Source: an uncultured Chloroflexia bacterium
Lineage (GTDB): Bacteria; Chloroflexota; Limnocylindria; Limnocylindrales; CSP1-4
Direction: 5' to 3'
DNA length: 64,000 bases
NCBI GenBank assembly: GCA_963768655.1
Contig: CAVYIM010000003.1
Span: 288,001-352,000 of the forward strand
The position numbers and the translations under genes were made by a program. The notes below the pieces were generated by a model, which made no database searches, had not been told where the DNA came from, and worked only from the letters and a program-made list of their open reading frames with translations. How positions within the stretch are numbered: position 1 is the stretch's first letter; each line of letters starts with the position of its first letter. Positions 41,268-50,636 of the stretch are shown here, piece by piece.

Positions 41268-42050
41268 CTACCCGAGGGACGCCGGACCGATGATCACGAA
41301 CTTGTGCAGCCAGACGCGCTTGCCGGCCTTGCCGTCGATCGGGTCCTTGTAGATGGAATCGACCTGGAGGTAGGGCCCGAAGCGCAGCTGGATCGGTCCG
41401 GCCTTCCACTCCTCGTAGGTGACGTAGTAGTCCAGGTGGTGACGCTCCATGAGTGGGTCGGTGAGGAAGACGCCGTTTATCTTGAAGTTGGTGGACCCGG
41501 TCCGGGGGTCGTCGCCCGTGACGGAGTAGCCGGTCACTATCTGGGCGTGGCTGCCGTACCAGGCCAGGATCCCCACCGGCATATCGGTCATGGCGATCGA
41601 CCTGACCGTGGCGACGGCTGCCTGCGCGAACGTCGTGTAGGCGAGGTCCTGGTATACGCCGGCCGTAATGCTGCCCCAGCCGTAGTAGTTGAGGGCGTTG
41701 CGCCAGCCGGCGACGTCGGCGCCGGGTTTGTACAGGGGTTCGTCCTGGTGAGCCCGCTCCCAGCTGAGGATCGACTCCTGCGCCTTGAAGCTGAGGGTCG
41801 GCTTCCAGACGAAAGTCGGCGCGGGCGCGGCGTCCGGCGCGGCCGTCGTCCACTGATAGCTGGAGTTGAGCGAGATCAGGTTCAGCATGATCAACGTCGC
41901 ATCGGCCGTGCAGGCCGTCTCGTCGGGGTTCTGGAAGCGCACGGCATGTGGGACGTACAGGTTGGTTGAATACGTCGCCCGCGTGGGAGTCGAGGCCTGA
42001 CCGACCAGGATTGCCACGATGGCGGCCAGGCTGACGAAGACGTTGATCAT
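41268..42050 (-). CDS. Exported papain-fold (peptidase C39-like) protein
   Basis: Signal peptide; Q.....ACTA (Cys), GSHAQIVTGY (His), LTDP (Asp). Confidence 0.6.
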   Translation of the reverse strand: MINVFVSLAAIVAILVGQASTPTRATYSTNLYVPHAVRFQNPDETACTADATLIMLNLISLNSSYQWTTAAPDAAPAPTFVWKPTLSFKAQESILSWERAHQDEPLYKPGADVAGWRNALNYYGWGSITAGVYQDLAYTTFAQAAVATVRSIAMTDMPVGILAWYGSHAQIVTGYSVTGDDPRTGSTNFKINGVFLTDPLMERHHLDYYVTYEEWKAGPIQLRFGPYLQVDSIYKDPIDGKAGKRVWLHKFVIIGPASLG

Positions 42051-42380
42051 GGTCGAGAGCGCCACACCTTGATTGGACCGGGTGCGACAGCCCGCCGACG
42101 GCGACGAGCGACGGAAGCCCGGGCGCATAGTTTCCCACGCCTTGGCCAACAGTGGCTCGGCCAGCGCAATCGTGGGCACCGCGGGCGCCGAGGCTCCGCG
42201 CCCGGCGGTCGTCCCGCTGCCGCCCATCGGCGTCCCGCGCGCGAACGAATCGATCCGGGCGGCTGCTCGTGGTAGGCTCCGCAGTCGAAGTTGCGCTCCG
42301 TCGCGACTCAACCAGACCAAACCCTCGCGACCGGTTCCCTCGGCCGCGTGCCGATCGAACCGCGCAGGAGGATCCAGCCA

Positions 42381-43034
42381 GTGAGCCCCACCCCGACCGT
42401 CTTGACCGCCACGAGCCGGACCGAAACCGGCAAGGCGGTCGCGCGCCTGCGCAAGGCCGGCAAGATCCCAGCCGTCGTCTTCGGTCACGGCCTGGCATCG
42501 ATCTCGGTGAGCCTGGACGCGCACGAGTTCGATCACCTGCGCCGAACCATCCATTCGAACTCGATCATCTCGCTCGAGATCGACGGCAAGGACAAGCGCC
42601 GGGTCATGGTCCACGGCATCCACATCGACCCGCGAACGCGGCACCTCCTGCACGTGGACCTGTTCGCTCTCAAGTCGGGCGAGGAGGTCACGGTCGAAGT
42701 CCCGCTCCACACCGTCGGCGAGGCCTATGCCGCGGCCAAGCTGGGTGGCACGCTGCTGCACATCGTCGACCGGATTCGCGTCCGCGCTCTGCCCGAGAAG
42801 CTGCCCGAGGCGCTCGAGGTTTCGGTCGAGCCCCTGGTCGACTTCGACGCCGCCATCCACCTGCGCGACGTCGCTCTGCCCGAGGGCGTGACCCTGCTGG
42901 CCGATCCCGATGAAGTCGTGGCCAAGGTGATCCCGCAGCGGGCCGTTGAGGAGCCGGTTGTGGCCGAGGTCGCTCCGGAGGCGGCCGAGGTCGCTCCGGA
43001 GGCTGCCGAGGCGCAGCCTTCGAGCGAGAGCTAG
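42381..43034 (+). CDS. rplY: 50S ribosomal protein L25/Ctc
   Basis: GK..ARLRKAGKIPAVVFG, LLHVDL, VEVPL..VGE, GG.L, LPE.LEV; AGGAGG SD plus GTG start. Confidence 0.95.
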   Translation: MSPTPTVLTATSRTETGKAVARLRKAGKIPAVVFGHGLASISVSLDAHEFDHLRRTIHSNSIISLEIDGKDKRRVMVHGIHIDPRTRHLLHVDLFALKSGEEVTVEVPLHTVGEAYAAAKLGGTLLHIVDRIRVRALPEKLPEALEVSVEPLVDFDAAIHLRDVALPEGVTLLADPDEVVAKVIPQRAVEEPVVAEVAPEAAEVAPEAAEAQPSSES

Positions 43035-43164
43035 AACCGAACGGCCGGCTGGCCGCTGAGGCGACTCGGGCGGCCAGCTTGGCGGCCGCTCAGGCCGGCC
43101 CTCGGATCCGGCCGCCGCCGCGGCGCAGACTGCGGTCCGGGCAGGCGCCCCGTACGATGATGCC

Positions 43165-44598
43165 ATGCCCAGCCTGCGTTCCTCGCGGAAGGACGTGATC
43201 CGCGGCCTGCCGGTCCTCGGGGCCTTCGTCGTGGGGGCGATCGGCTACGCGCCCCTGTACTGCTTCCCGCTGCTCGCGCCCGAGTTCGAGACAACCTTCC
43301 ACGCCTCGCGCGAACTCGGCCAGATGCCCTGGACGATGTTCCTGCTGGTCTCAGCGCTGGCTTCGCCGCTGCTGGGCCGGGCCTTCGACGTGTTCGGGGA
43401 TCGGCTTCTGCTGACCGCTGGCATCCTGTTGATCGCTCTCGGCTGGTTGGTGGCGTCGGCCGCTTCGGACGTGACGTTCCTCGTAGCGGCCTATGGCATC
43501 TTCCTGGCCCTCGGCCTGCAGCTGACCTTCGTCGGAACCACGACGGCGGTCGCGCGGCGGTATGCCGGCGTCGCCGGGCTGGCACTCGGCATCGCGTACG
43601 CGGGCCCGGGGATCGGCGTGGCCGTCATCCTGCCGATCGCGGCCGGGGCGATTCCGGAACTGGGCTGGCGCTCCATGACCCTCGTGTTCGCGGCGACTTC
43701 GCTGCTGGCCGTTCCGTTCGTGTGGCTCATGACGAGCGGAGCGGCGGTCCTCGTGCCGGCCCGGAGCGCGCGCCATCCGGCCGACGGAGCTGCGGCCGCC
43801 GGGGCCGGCGGCACACCCGCCGCCGGGGCCATGGCGGCGGGTGTGCCGGCCGTGGCAGAGGCGACGCCCTCGCCAAGGAGCGGCGAGGCGGGCCGGGGAT
43901 TGCGTGAGGCCTCGGCGCCGGGGGCGATCGCCGCATCGCACGAGCCGCTCCCGCCCGGCAGCCGCTCGCGACCGGACGCGCTGCGGCGCACGGTGCGGAC
44001 GCGCCAATTCCTGATCCTGCTCATCGGGGCGGTCGGGATCGGTTGCATCGACGAAGGGATCTACCAGCTGTCGCCGCGCCACGTGGAAGCTCAGGGGATC
44101 ACCGCCGACTACGCGGCGGTCCTGCTGGCCGTGTCGTGCTATGCGTACGTGGTGGGCCAGGTCGTGGGTGGCGGGCTATCCGATCGGTTCGGCCGGCGCT
44201 TCATCGGGTTGATCTGCGCGGCGATGATCGCCGGCGGGGCGACGGCAATCTTCGCCTCGACGGGCTCCACGCCGGCGCTTGCCGCGGTCGGATACGTGTT
44301 CTACGGCTTCGGCATCGGAGCGACGATCGCCATCCGTTCGGCGGCGTTCTCCGACGTCTTCGGCGGTCGCAACTTCGGGGCGATCTTCGGCATCATCGCC
44401 ATGGCCTACCCGGTCGGCGGGATCATCGTCATGAACGTCGGCAGCGTCTTCTACGATCGCATCGGCAACTACTGGCCGGTGTACGGCGTGGTCATGGCCT
44501 CGCTCCTGGCCTGGACGGTGGCGCTGATCATCGCCGGTCCGCGCCGCCACGGCCTGCGAGCGCGCCTGCGGAGCGCCCGAGCGCGCCTGCCGGTGTAG
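43165..44598 (+). CDS. MFS transporter (MCT/OFA-like)
   Basis: Two 6-TM halves; LGRAFDVFG and GGLSDRFGRR motifs. Confidence 0.9.
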   Translation: MPSLRSSRKDVIRGLPVLGAFVVGAIGYAPLYCFPLLAPEFETTFHASRELGQMPWTMFLLVSALASPLLGRAFDVFGDRLLLTAGILLIALGWLVASAASDVTFLVAAYGIFLALGLQLTFVGTTTAVARRYAGVAGLALGIAYAGPGIGVAVILPIAAGAIPELGWRSMTLVFAATSLLAVPFVWLMTSGAAVLVPARSARHPADGAAAAGAGGTPAAGAMAAGVPAVAEATPSPRSGEAGRGLREASAPGAIAASHEPLPPGSRSRPDALRRTVRTRQFLILLIGAVGIGCIDEGIYQLSPRHVEAQGITADYAAVLLAVSCYAYVVGQVVGGGLSDRFGRRFIGLICAAMIAGGATAIFASTGSTPALAAVGYVFYGFGIGATIAIRSAAFSDVFGGRNFGAIFGIIAMAYPVGGIIVMNVGSVFYDRIGNYWPVYGVVMASLLAWTVALIIAGPRRHGLRARLRSARARLPV

Positions 44599-44698
44599 CG
44601 GCGCAGCGAGCCCGAATTCGGGAGCGGCGGCTCCGCCCGGGCCTCCGGAATGCCGGAGCCCTCCGGCAGTCTCGGGCGCCGGTCCGGCGCCACGCCCC

Positions 44699-45850
44699 CT
44701 ACGCCACCTCCCGCCGGATCGTGCCTGCGGCGAGGACCACGAAGAAGGCCGCGATCCCGACGAGCACGCCCAGGTCCAGCAGCACCTGCGGAGAGCTCAG
44801 GTCCGCGCCGGCGATCATCACCTGGCGCAGTCCGTCGATGGCGTATGTGACCGGCAGGATTCGGGCGACGGGCTGGAGCAGCGACGGCAGCTGGTCGATC
44901 GGCCAGAAGAATCCGCCGAGCAGGCCCTGCGGCACGATGACGATCGGGATGAACTGCAGGATCTGCAACTCTGTCCGGGCGAAGGTCGAGAGGAAGATGC
45001 CCAGCGAGACCGCGCCGAGCCCCAGGACCAGCACGAGCAGGTAGGCGATCAACGGGTTGCCGGCGGTCCGGACGCCCAGGCCGATCGCGAAGGCCGGCAC
45101 CGGTCCGAGCGCCGGGATCTCGAGGCGGCCCAGGACGAAGGCGAGCACGATCGCAACCTGCAGAGTCGCGAAGAAGCCGAAGCCCAGGCTGTACCCGAGG
45201 ACGATCTCCGCCCGGCTGACCGGCGTCGCCAGCAGGCGTTCGAGCGTCCCGCCGATCCGCTCGCGCAGGAAGCTGATGCCGGTGAGGATGAAGACGAAGA
45301 AGTAGGCGAAGAAACCGACCACGACCGGCGCCAGCGAATCGAGTGTGGTCGCATCGGGCGAGCCGTAGACGGTCTGATGCTCGATCGTCGGTAGAACTGT
45401 GCCCGCGCTTTCGACCAGGGCGCCCACCAGGGCCGTCTGGACCGCCGGTATGACCGTAGCCTCGCCGGATGGGTTCAGACCCAGCGTGAGGAGCTCGATC
45501 GTGCGGTTCTGGAGGCTGAAGTCGGACGGCAGGACGACGACCAGGTCGAGGCTGTTGTCCTTCAGCAACTGCCGGGCCGTGGCATCGTCGGAGACCGATC
45601 GGTCGAGCGCAATGCCGGGCTGTCCCTCGAGAGCCGCGGACAGCCTGACGGCGACGGCACTCCCGGCCGGGTTGCCCAATTCGTCGACGACGGCGACGCG
45701 GGCCGTGGTCGTCTGGGCGCTGCTCAGGACCCAGCCGAGAAGGGCGATGATCGCGAGAGGGGCGAGGTACAGCAGCGCCAGCGAACGGGGATCGCGCCGG
45801 AACTGGGCCACGATGCGGCGAAAGACGGCGGCGACGCGAAGCGGGTTCAT
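44699..45850 (-). CDS. ABC-2 type exporter permease
   Basis: FRRDPRSL, ERIGGTLERLLATP, FIPIVIVPQ, LPVTYAIDGLR. Confidence 0.92.
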   Translation of the reverse strand: MNPLRVAAVFRRIVAQFRRDPRSLALLYLAPLAIIALLGWVLSSAQTTTARVAVVDELGNPAGSAVAVRLSAALEGQPGIALDRSVSDDATARQLLKDNSLDLVVVLPSDFSLQNRTIELLTLGLNPSGEATVIPAVQTALVGALVESAGTVLPTIEHQTVYGSPDATTLDSLAPVVVGFFAYFFVFILTGISFLRERIGGTLERLLATPVSRAEIVLGYSLGFGFFATLQVAIVLAFVLGRLEIPALGPVPAFAIGLGVRTAGNPLIAYLLVLVLGLGAVSLGIFLSTFARTELQILQFIPIVIVPQGLLGGFFWPIDQLPSLLQPVARILPVTYAIDGLRQVMIAGADLSSPQVLLDLGVLVGIAAFFVVLAAGTIRREVA

Positions 45851-46629
45851 CGATCGGTCTCCTTCGGGCTCGTCGGCGTGGCGGCGCCGACCGTGGCGGC
45901 CGTCTCGCCGGCAAAGTGCAGGAAGGCTGTTTCGAGGTTGTCCGTCCCGGCCCGCTTTCGCAGCTCGGCCGGCGTCCCCTGCGCCAGGACGCGCCCGTCG
46001 CGGATGAAGAGCAGCTCGTCGCAGCGATCGGCCTCGTCCATGACGTGGCTCGACACAACCAGCGTGGCTCCGTCCGCGGCCAATCGATGGAAGTGGTCCC
46101 AGAACTGGACTCGCAAGGCCGGGTCCACTCCGACCGTCGGTTCGTCGAGGAAGATGACAGCCGGGTGATGGGCCAGCGCGCACGCCATCGAGAGGCGGCG
46201 CCGCATCCCGCCGGAGAGGTCCTGGGCAGGCGTGCCGGTCCGCGATTCCAGCTCCACCAGTTCCAGCGAGTGCATCAACGCGGCCCTGTCGGTCTGGCCG
46301 TACAGCGCCGCGAAGAACGACAGGTTCTCCCAGACGGACAGCTCGGGATAGATGCCGTCCGACTGGGTCATGTACCCGATGCGCGCCAGGTTGGGCCGCG
46401 ACGGCATCTCCACTCCCAGGACCCGAGCCCTGCCGCTCGTCGCCGACGCGAGGCCAGCCAGCAGCCTGATGAGCGTCGTCTTGCCGGATCCGTTCGGGCC
46501 GAGAAGGCCGTAGATCCGGCCGGGCGCAAGCGCCATGTCGATCCCGTCCACGGCGTGTATCGGCCCGAAGTCCTTGTGCAGGGCGACCGCCTCGACCGCC
46601 GGCGCCGGCGGAGTTGGAGTGGCTGTCAT
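45847..46629 (-). CDS. ABC exporter ATP-binding protein
   Basis: GPNGSGKTT, LSGGM, LDEPTVG, SSH. Confidence 0.96.
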   Translation of the reverse strand: MTATPTPPAPAVEAVALHKDFGPIHAVDGIDMALAPGRIYGLLGPNGSGKTTLIRLLAGLASATSGRARVLGVEMPSRPNLARIGYMTQSDGIYPELSVWENLSFFAALYGQTDRAALMHSLELVELESRTGTPAQDLSGGMRRRLSMACALAHHPAVIFLDEPTVGVDPALRVQFWDHFHRLAADGATLVVSSHVMDEADRCDELLFIRDGRVLAQGTPAELRKRAGTDNLETAFLHFAGETAATVGAATPTSPKETDR

Positions 46630-47465
46630 CGAGCGACCTCCTCTGTTGCGTCGGGCTGCGCGGCGCCGTGCAGGAGCAGGTCCACGTAGGCCTCGACGTT
46701 GTCGATAGCGGGATGGATGCCGATCCGGGCCAGCTCGTCGAAGACGGTGGGACCCAGCACGATCAGCAAGAAGACCGGCCCGAAGAGGCCCTGGATCAGC
46801 AGGGCCGGATCGATCGGGCGGAGGTTGCCTTCGCTCGTCTGAAGCGCGAACCAGGCGACCATGAGTGGCGCGCCCTGGCCGACGATCTCCGACATGACGA
46901 CCCGGGCGAGCTCGGGGTCCTGGGCTGAGTTCGCGGCGAGATTCCGGACCAGGTCGGCTCGGGCGCGCATGGCCGAGTAGTAGGCCCGGGCAATGGCGAT
47001 CAGGCCCTCCCTGGCGCCGAGTCTGATCGAGGGCTCGATCTGGGCTCGCATCTCCTCGACCGGGCTGACGCGGCGGGCGACGGCTCGGAGCAGCTCGGTC
47101 CGATCGGCGAAGTGGTGGTAGTAGGCGCCTTTCGTCAGCCCGGCTTCCGCCGCCACTGCCTCGATCGAGACGATGCCTGACCCCGGCCGGGACAGCAGCC
47201 GTTGCGCCGCATCGATCAGGCGATCGCGCGTCGGCTCGTCGGCGGCGGTCGAGACGTCCATCCCCTCGGCGGCGAGGGCCGCCCGAAGTCCCCGAAGGCC
47301 GCCGAAGTAGTGGTGGACGGTCTGGCGCGACACCCCCGCCTCGGCCGCCACCGCCTGAATGGAGAGCCCGGGCGGGCTCGCCTGGATCTGGCGACGAGCG
47401 GCGCTCAGAATTGCCTGGCGCGTGGTTTGCGTGGATGGCGTGGACTGCGTGGACTGGTCAGACAT
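46626..47465 (-). CDS. TetR-family regulator with two tandem HTH domains
   Basis: SIQAVAAEAGVSRQTVHHYF and SIEAVAAEAGLTKGAYYHHF. Confidence 0.88.
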   Translation of the reverse strand: MSDQSTQSTPSTQTTRQAILSAARRQIQASPPGLSIQAVAAEAGVSRQTVHHYFGGLRGLRAALAAEGMDVSTAADEPTRDRLIDAAQRLLSRPGSGIVSIEAVAAEAGLTKGAYYHHFADRTELLRAVARRVSPVEEMRAQIEPSIRLGAREGLIAIARAYYSAMRARADLVRNLAANSAQDPELARVVMSEIVGQGAPLMVAWFALQTSEGNLRPIDPALLIQGLFGPVFLLIVLGPTVFDELARIGIHPAIDNVEAYVDLLLHGAAQPDATEEVAR

Positions 47466-47506
47466 GCGTACCAGTATGCATGTCGTGTCAATGGGCCGCG
47501 GATACG

Positions 47507-48295
47507 CTACGGAGCGCTCACGGCCGTCGGAACGGGCCTTCGAACCAGTCGCAGCGAGACCGACTGCACGGCCACCGTCGCCAGGATTCCTGCGCCGAAG
47601 GCAAACCCGATGCCCAGGCTCTCGATAGTGGTCGTGACGACGAGGAAGAAGACGATCGTGCCGAAGAGGCCGAACTGGAGGCCGCGCGTGACTCCCATTG
47701 CCGTCTCGGGCCCCTGCAGACGGTGGGCGAAGACGGCCAGCACAGTCACGTAGATCGGGAAGGCGGCGAGGATTCCGCTCAGGTGCGGGCCCAGGACCGA
47801 CGACGCCTCGGTGATGGCGAGCACGATCGAAGTGCCGACGACCATTCGAGCGGGAATGTCCCAGCGCGGCAGCGGCGTCGTGCCGCCCGTGGCGGTGACG
47901 GAAGGCGCGAGTCGAAGACACACGGCCATTGCGACGGCCACGATCGCGAACAGGACCACGGCCGGACCGCCGACGAGCGGTTGCACGGCCAGCACCGCGA
48001 TCGCGAAGCCGCCGAAGCCGCCGAGCATCGAGACGGGCCACCCGAACCGGCGCGCCAGCCAGGCGTATCCCAGGGCGAAGGCGGCATCCCCGAGCAGGCC
48101 GCCGATCGAGCCTTCGGCCGTGCCCGCGGCGAAAGCCGTCCCTCGATCGAGCGCGATGTAGAGCGCCACCGGCCCCGAGGTCAGCGGCAGCGCGACCAGC
48201 CAACCGCCGATCGATGGGCCCCAGCGACGAGCGGCGAGGCTCGCGGCGCCGATCAGGATCGGCGTCAGGGAGAGCTTGAGCAGAAGCAGCGCCAC
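47507..48295 (-). CDS. Multi-TM membrane protein with internal two-fold repeat (paralog 1)
   Basis: About 8-9 TM helices; RRWGPSIGGWLVALPLTSGP and LGPHLSGILAAFP. Confidence 0.85.
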   Translation of the reverse strand: MALLLLKLSLTPILIGAASLAARRWGPSIGGWLVALPLTSGPVALYIALDRGTAFAAGTAEGSIGGLLGDAAFALGYAWLARRFGWPVSMLGGFGGFAIAVLAVQPLVGGPAVVLFAIVAVAMAVCLRLAPSVTATGGTTPLPRWDIPARMVVGTSIVLAITEASSVLGPHLSGILAAFPIYVTVLAVFAHRLQGPETAMGVTRGLQFGLFGTIVFFLVVTTTIESLGIGFAFGAGILATVAVQSVSLRLVRRPVPTAVSAP

Positions 48296-48298
48296 GGG

Positions 48299-48799
48299 TC
48301 AGGGCTCGGTGGCGGGCTCGCCCGCCGCGAGACGCCGAATCTCATTGGCGAGGGTCGCAGCGAAAGTGGCGAGGCCCGCGGCCACCGGCGCCGAGAGCCC
48401 CTCCCCGAAACCGAATTCCGCGCCGCCGATGCCCACGAAGACGCCCCGTGGCAGCGACCCGCGCAGCTCCGCGGCGATAGCCAGAACCTGGTCCGGGGCG
48501 ATCGAATGTGACGATGCAGGGGCGGCGCCGGCGCCCGACGATCGAGCTACTCTCTCGAGGGCCAGCGTGACGACCGCGCCCGGCGCCACGCCCGCCGCGG
48601 CATCCGCGACGATCACCGCCACTCCGTCGGGGACGTCGAGGACGGCCTCCACGGAGAGCTGCCCGACCTCGACGACCTCGACCAGCGCCAGCACATCGTC
48701 GGGCAGCATCGTGATGGCCACGAGCGCGGCCGCGTCGTCGCCACGAATTCGCTCGCCGCACGCCAGCAGGCGCGTCCGAAGCCCCGCTCGATCGCTCAT
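48299..48799 (-). CDS. Hydrogenase maturation protease (HycI/HyaD-like)
   Basis: LLACGERIRGDDAAA, VIVADAA, SSHSI, G.EFGFGEGLS..V. Confidence 0.88.
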   Translation of the reverse strand: MSDRAGLRTRLLACGERIRGDDAAALVAITMLPDDVLALVEVVEVGQLSVEAVLDVPDGVAVIVADAAAGVAPGAVVTLALERVARSSGAGAAPASSHSIAPDQVLAIAAELRGSLPRGVFVGIGGAEFGFGEGLSAPVAAGLATFAATLANEIRRLAAGEPATEP

Positions 48800-48945
48800 T
48801 CCGGCAGTCTAGCGGTCGATCGGGGCGGTTCGTCTCGTCACCGGTACCGCACAATCGTGACCCCTGGGAGCGGGCGAGGGAGTAGAGTCTTGGGTAACTT
48901 TCGGACAGAAGCGGGCTGGAGGCCGAGTCACCCAGTGGGGCACGA

Positions 48946-49629
48946 ATGAAGCGGGACGCTTCCTACCGATCGTTCCTCAGCGCCTACCCACCGACACCCG
49001 GTGATTCGCGTCCCGTGGACGGCGTGTCGCTGGCCGAAGCGATCGAGGAGCGGTTCGGAATCGCCGTGCCCGGAGCGCTGCAGCTGTTCTGGCTGCGCGT
49101 CGGCGCCGGCGTCTTCGGCGGCGGTGAGATCTACATCTTCGGCGACGCCGGCTCCGCACTGCCCGGTCCCGAAGTCCTCGAATGGAACGCCGCGCCTTGG
49201 TGGCGGTCCGTCTACCCGACTCCGAAGGAGGGCGGCCCGTTCTTCTTCGGGCAGACTGCATTCGGCGACCAGCTTGGATTCCGATGGCAGGGCAGCATCG
49301 CCCTGCCCGAGCTCTTCATGCCGGACACGATGGAAGTGTTCCTGCTGGGCAAGGATCTCGACGAGCTGCTGGGCGAGCTGCTCGTCGCTCCCGGAGCGCT
49401 GTGCAATTCCGAGCGGCTCGCCCGAGCGGCCAAACAGTGCGGCCCGCTGCCGCCCGGTCAGCACTACGCCCCTGACGTTTCGCCGCTGCACGGCGGCACC
49501 GACGAGTCGTTCCACGTCATCCCGGCCGAGGCTCACCTGACGGCCGCGATTTCAGGCTGGGAGGCGATGCAGGCACGCAGTCGCTCTGCCGGCTCCGTCG
49601 GCGTGAGGTTCAGCGCGAACCGCGTCTGA
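48946..49629 (+). CDS. Orphan immunity-like protein (SMI1/KNR4- or GAD/DUF1851-like)
   Basis: EAIEERFGIAVP.AL..FW, FFGQTAFGDQL, GPL..GQHY....L.GG. Confidence 0.6.
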   Translation: MKRDASYRSFLSAYPPTPGDSRPVDGVSLAEAIEERFGIAVPGALQLFWLRVGAGVFGGGEIYIFGDAGSALPGPEVLEWNAAPWWRSVYPTPKEGGPFFFGQTAFGDQLGFRWQGSIALPELFMPDTMEVFLLGKDLDELLGELLVAPGALCNSERLARAAKQCGPLPPGQHYAPDVSPLHGGTDESFHVIPAEAHLTAAISGWEAMQARSRSAGSVGVRFSANRV

Positions 49630-49676
49630 GCTCTGCCCCTCACCCGGCGATCGCCGCGTGACGGGTGGCTCCGGAT

Positions 49677-50492
49677 CTACTCCGCGGCCTCCGGGAGGGC
49701 CAGCTCCGCAGTCGTCTCAGCCTCGGGTCGGCGCGCCCCGAGAGCGGCCCGCAGCTCGACGAACTGGACGGCCACGACGGCCGTCGCGGCCAAGGCGAAG
49801 GCCCGAACCACGCCCAGCGGCACGAGCGTAGCGGCGAGGACAGCCAGGAACGAGGCGAAGCCGAGCAGGCCGTGCGTCATCCCGCGCATGACGCCGACGG
49901 TCCGATCGGGGCCCTCCTGGGCGTGGGTGAAGAGCGCCATCACCGCGGCCACCGTGGGGATTGTGGTCATCATGCCGCTGATCGTGGCCCCGAAGTATGG
50001 CCCGGCCGTCGTGACGAAGACGACCATGGCCGCCCCGGCGATCATCCGCGTCGGCAGTTCGGACGCGGAAGTGGCTCGACGCGGCATCGGCGGCGCGTCG
50101 GGCAGAAGGCGGCGCGATACGAGCAGGATGGCGATCGTGGCCACGAAGGCCGGCCCGAGACCCCAGGTCGAGATGGGCAGCATCACCGCCCACGTCACGG
50201 CGAACGCTCCGTACGCGGCCGCTCCGGCCAGCGGCCAGCTCAGGCGGCGACAGACCAGGGCGTAGACCAGGCAGAAGACGCCGCAGCCGCCGGCTCCACC
50301 GAGAGATGCGGCCGCCGACGTGGCGGCGAAGGACGTGTTCTGCTCGAGAGCCAGGAAGAGCAGGATCGGGCCGCCCTTCGCCGGCACCGCACCGAGGATG
50401 CCGCCGACGGCCGGCCCGTAACGGTGGCTGGCCAGCGTGACGATGCCGATCATCAGCACCGGCAGGCCGATCTTGAAGAAGAGGTCGATCAT
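49677..50492 (-). CDS. Multi-TM membrane protein with internal two-fold repeat (paralog 2)
   Basis: HRYGPAVGGILGAVPAKGGP and FGATISGMMTTIP; collinear with 47507-48295. Confidence 0.85.
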   Translation of the reverse strand: MIDLFFKIGLPVLMIGIVTLASHRYGPAVGGILGAVPAKGGPILLFLALEQNTSFAATSAAASLGGAGGCGVFCLVYALVCRRLSWPLAGAAAYGAFAVTWAVMLPISTWGLGPAFVATIAILLVSRRLLPDAPPMPRRATSASELPTRMIAGAAMVVFVTTAGPYFGATISGMMTTIPTVAAVMALFTHAQEGPDRTVGVMRGMTHGLLGFASFLAVLAATLVPLGVVRAFALAATAVVAVQFVELRAALGARRPEAETTAELALPEAAE

Positions 50493-50636
50493 CTCGCCCT
50501 CCAGGGTAGCGGGTTGTCGCCGGGCCGCCGAGCGCAGGCCAGGGCGGCGTGGGGCCCCGGAGTGAGCGGACTCGAACGTGCGTGAGCGAGGAGAACAGGC
50601 GCCGACGAAGGGATGTGCGGGCCGACGGCGATCTGG

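Noticed and set aside
42960-43012. 21-bp tandem repeat in rplY
   Set aside because: It encodes the ordinary low-complexity acidic tail (AEVAPEA) of Ctc-type L25.
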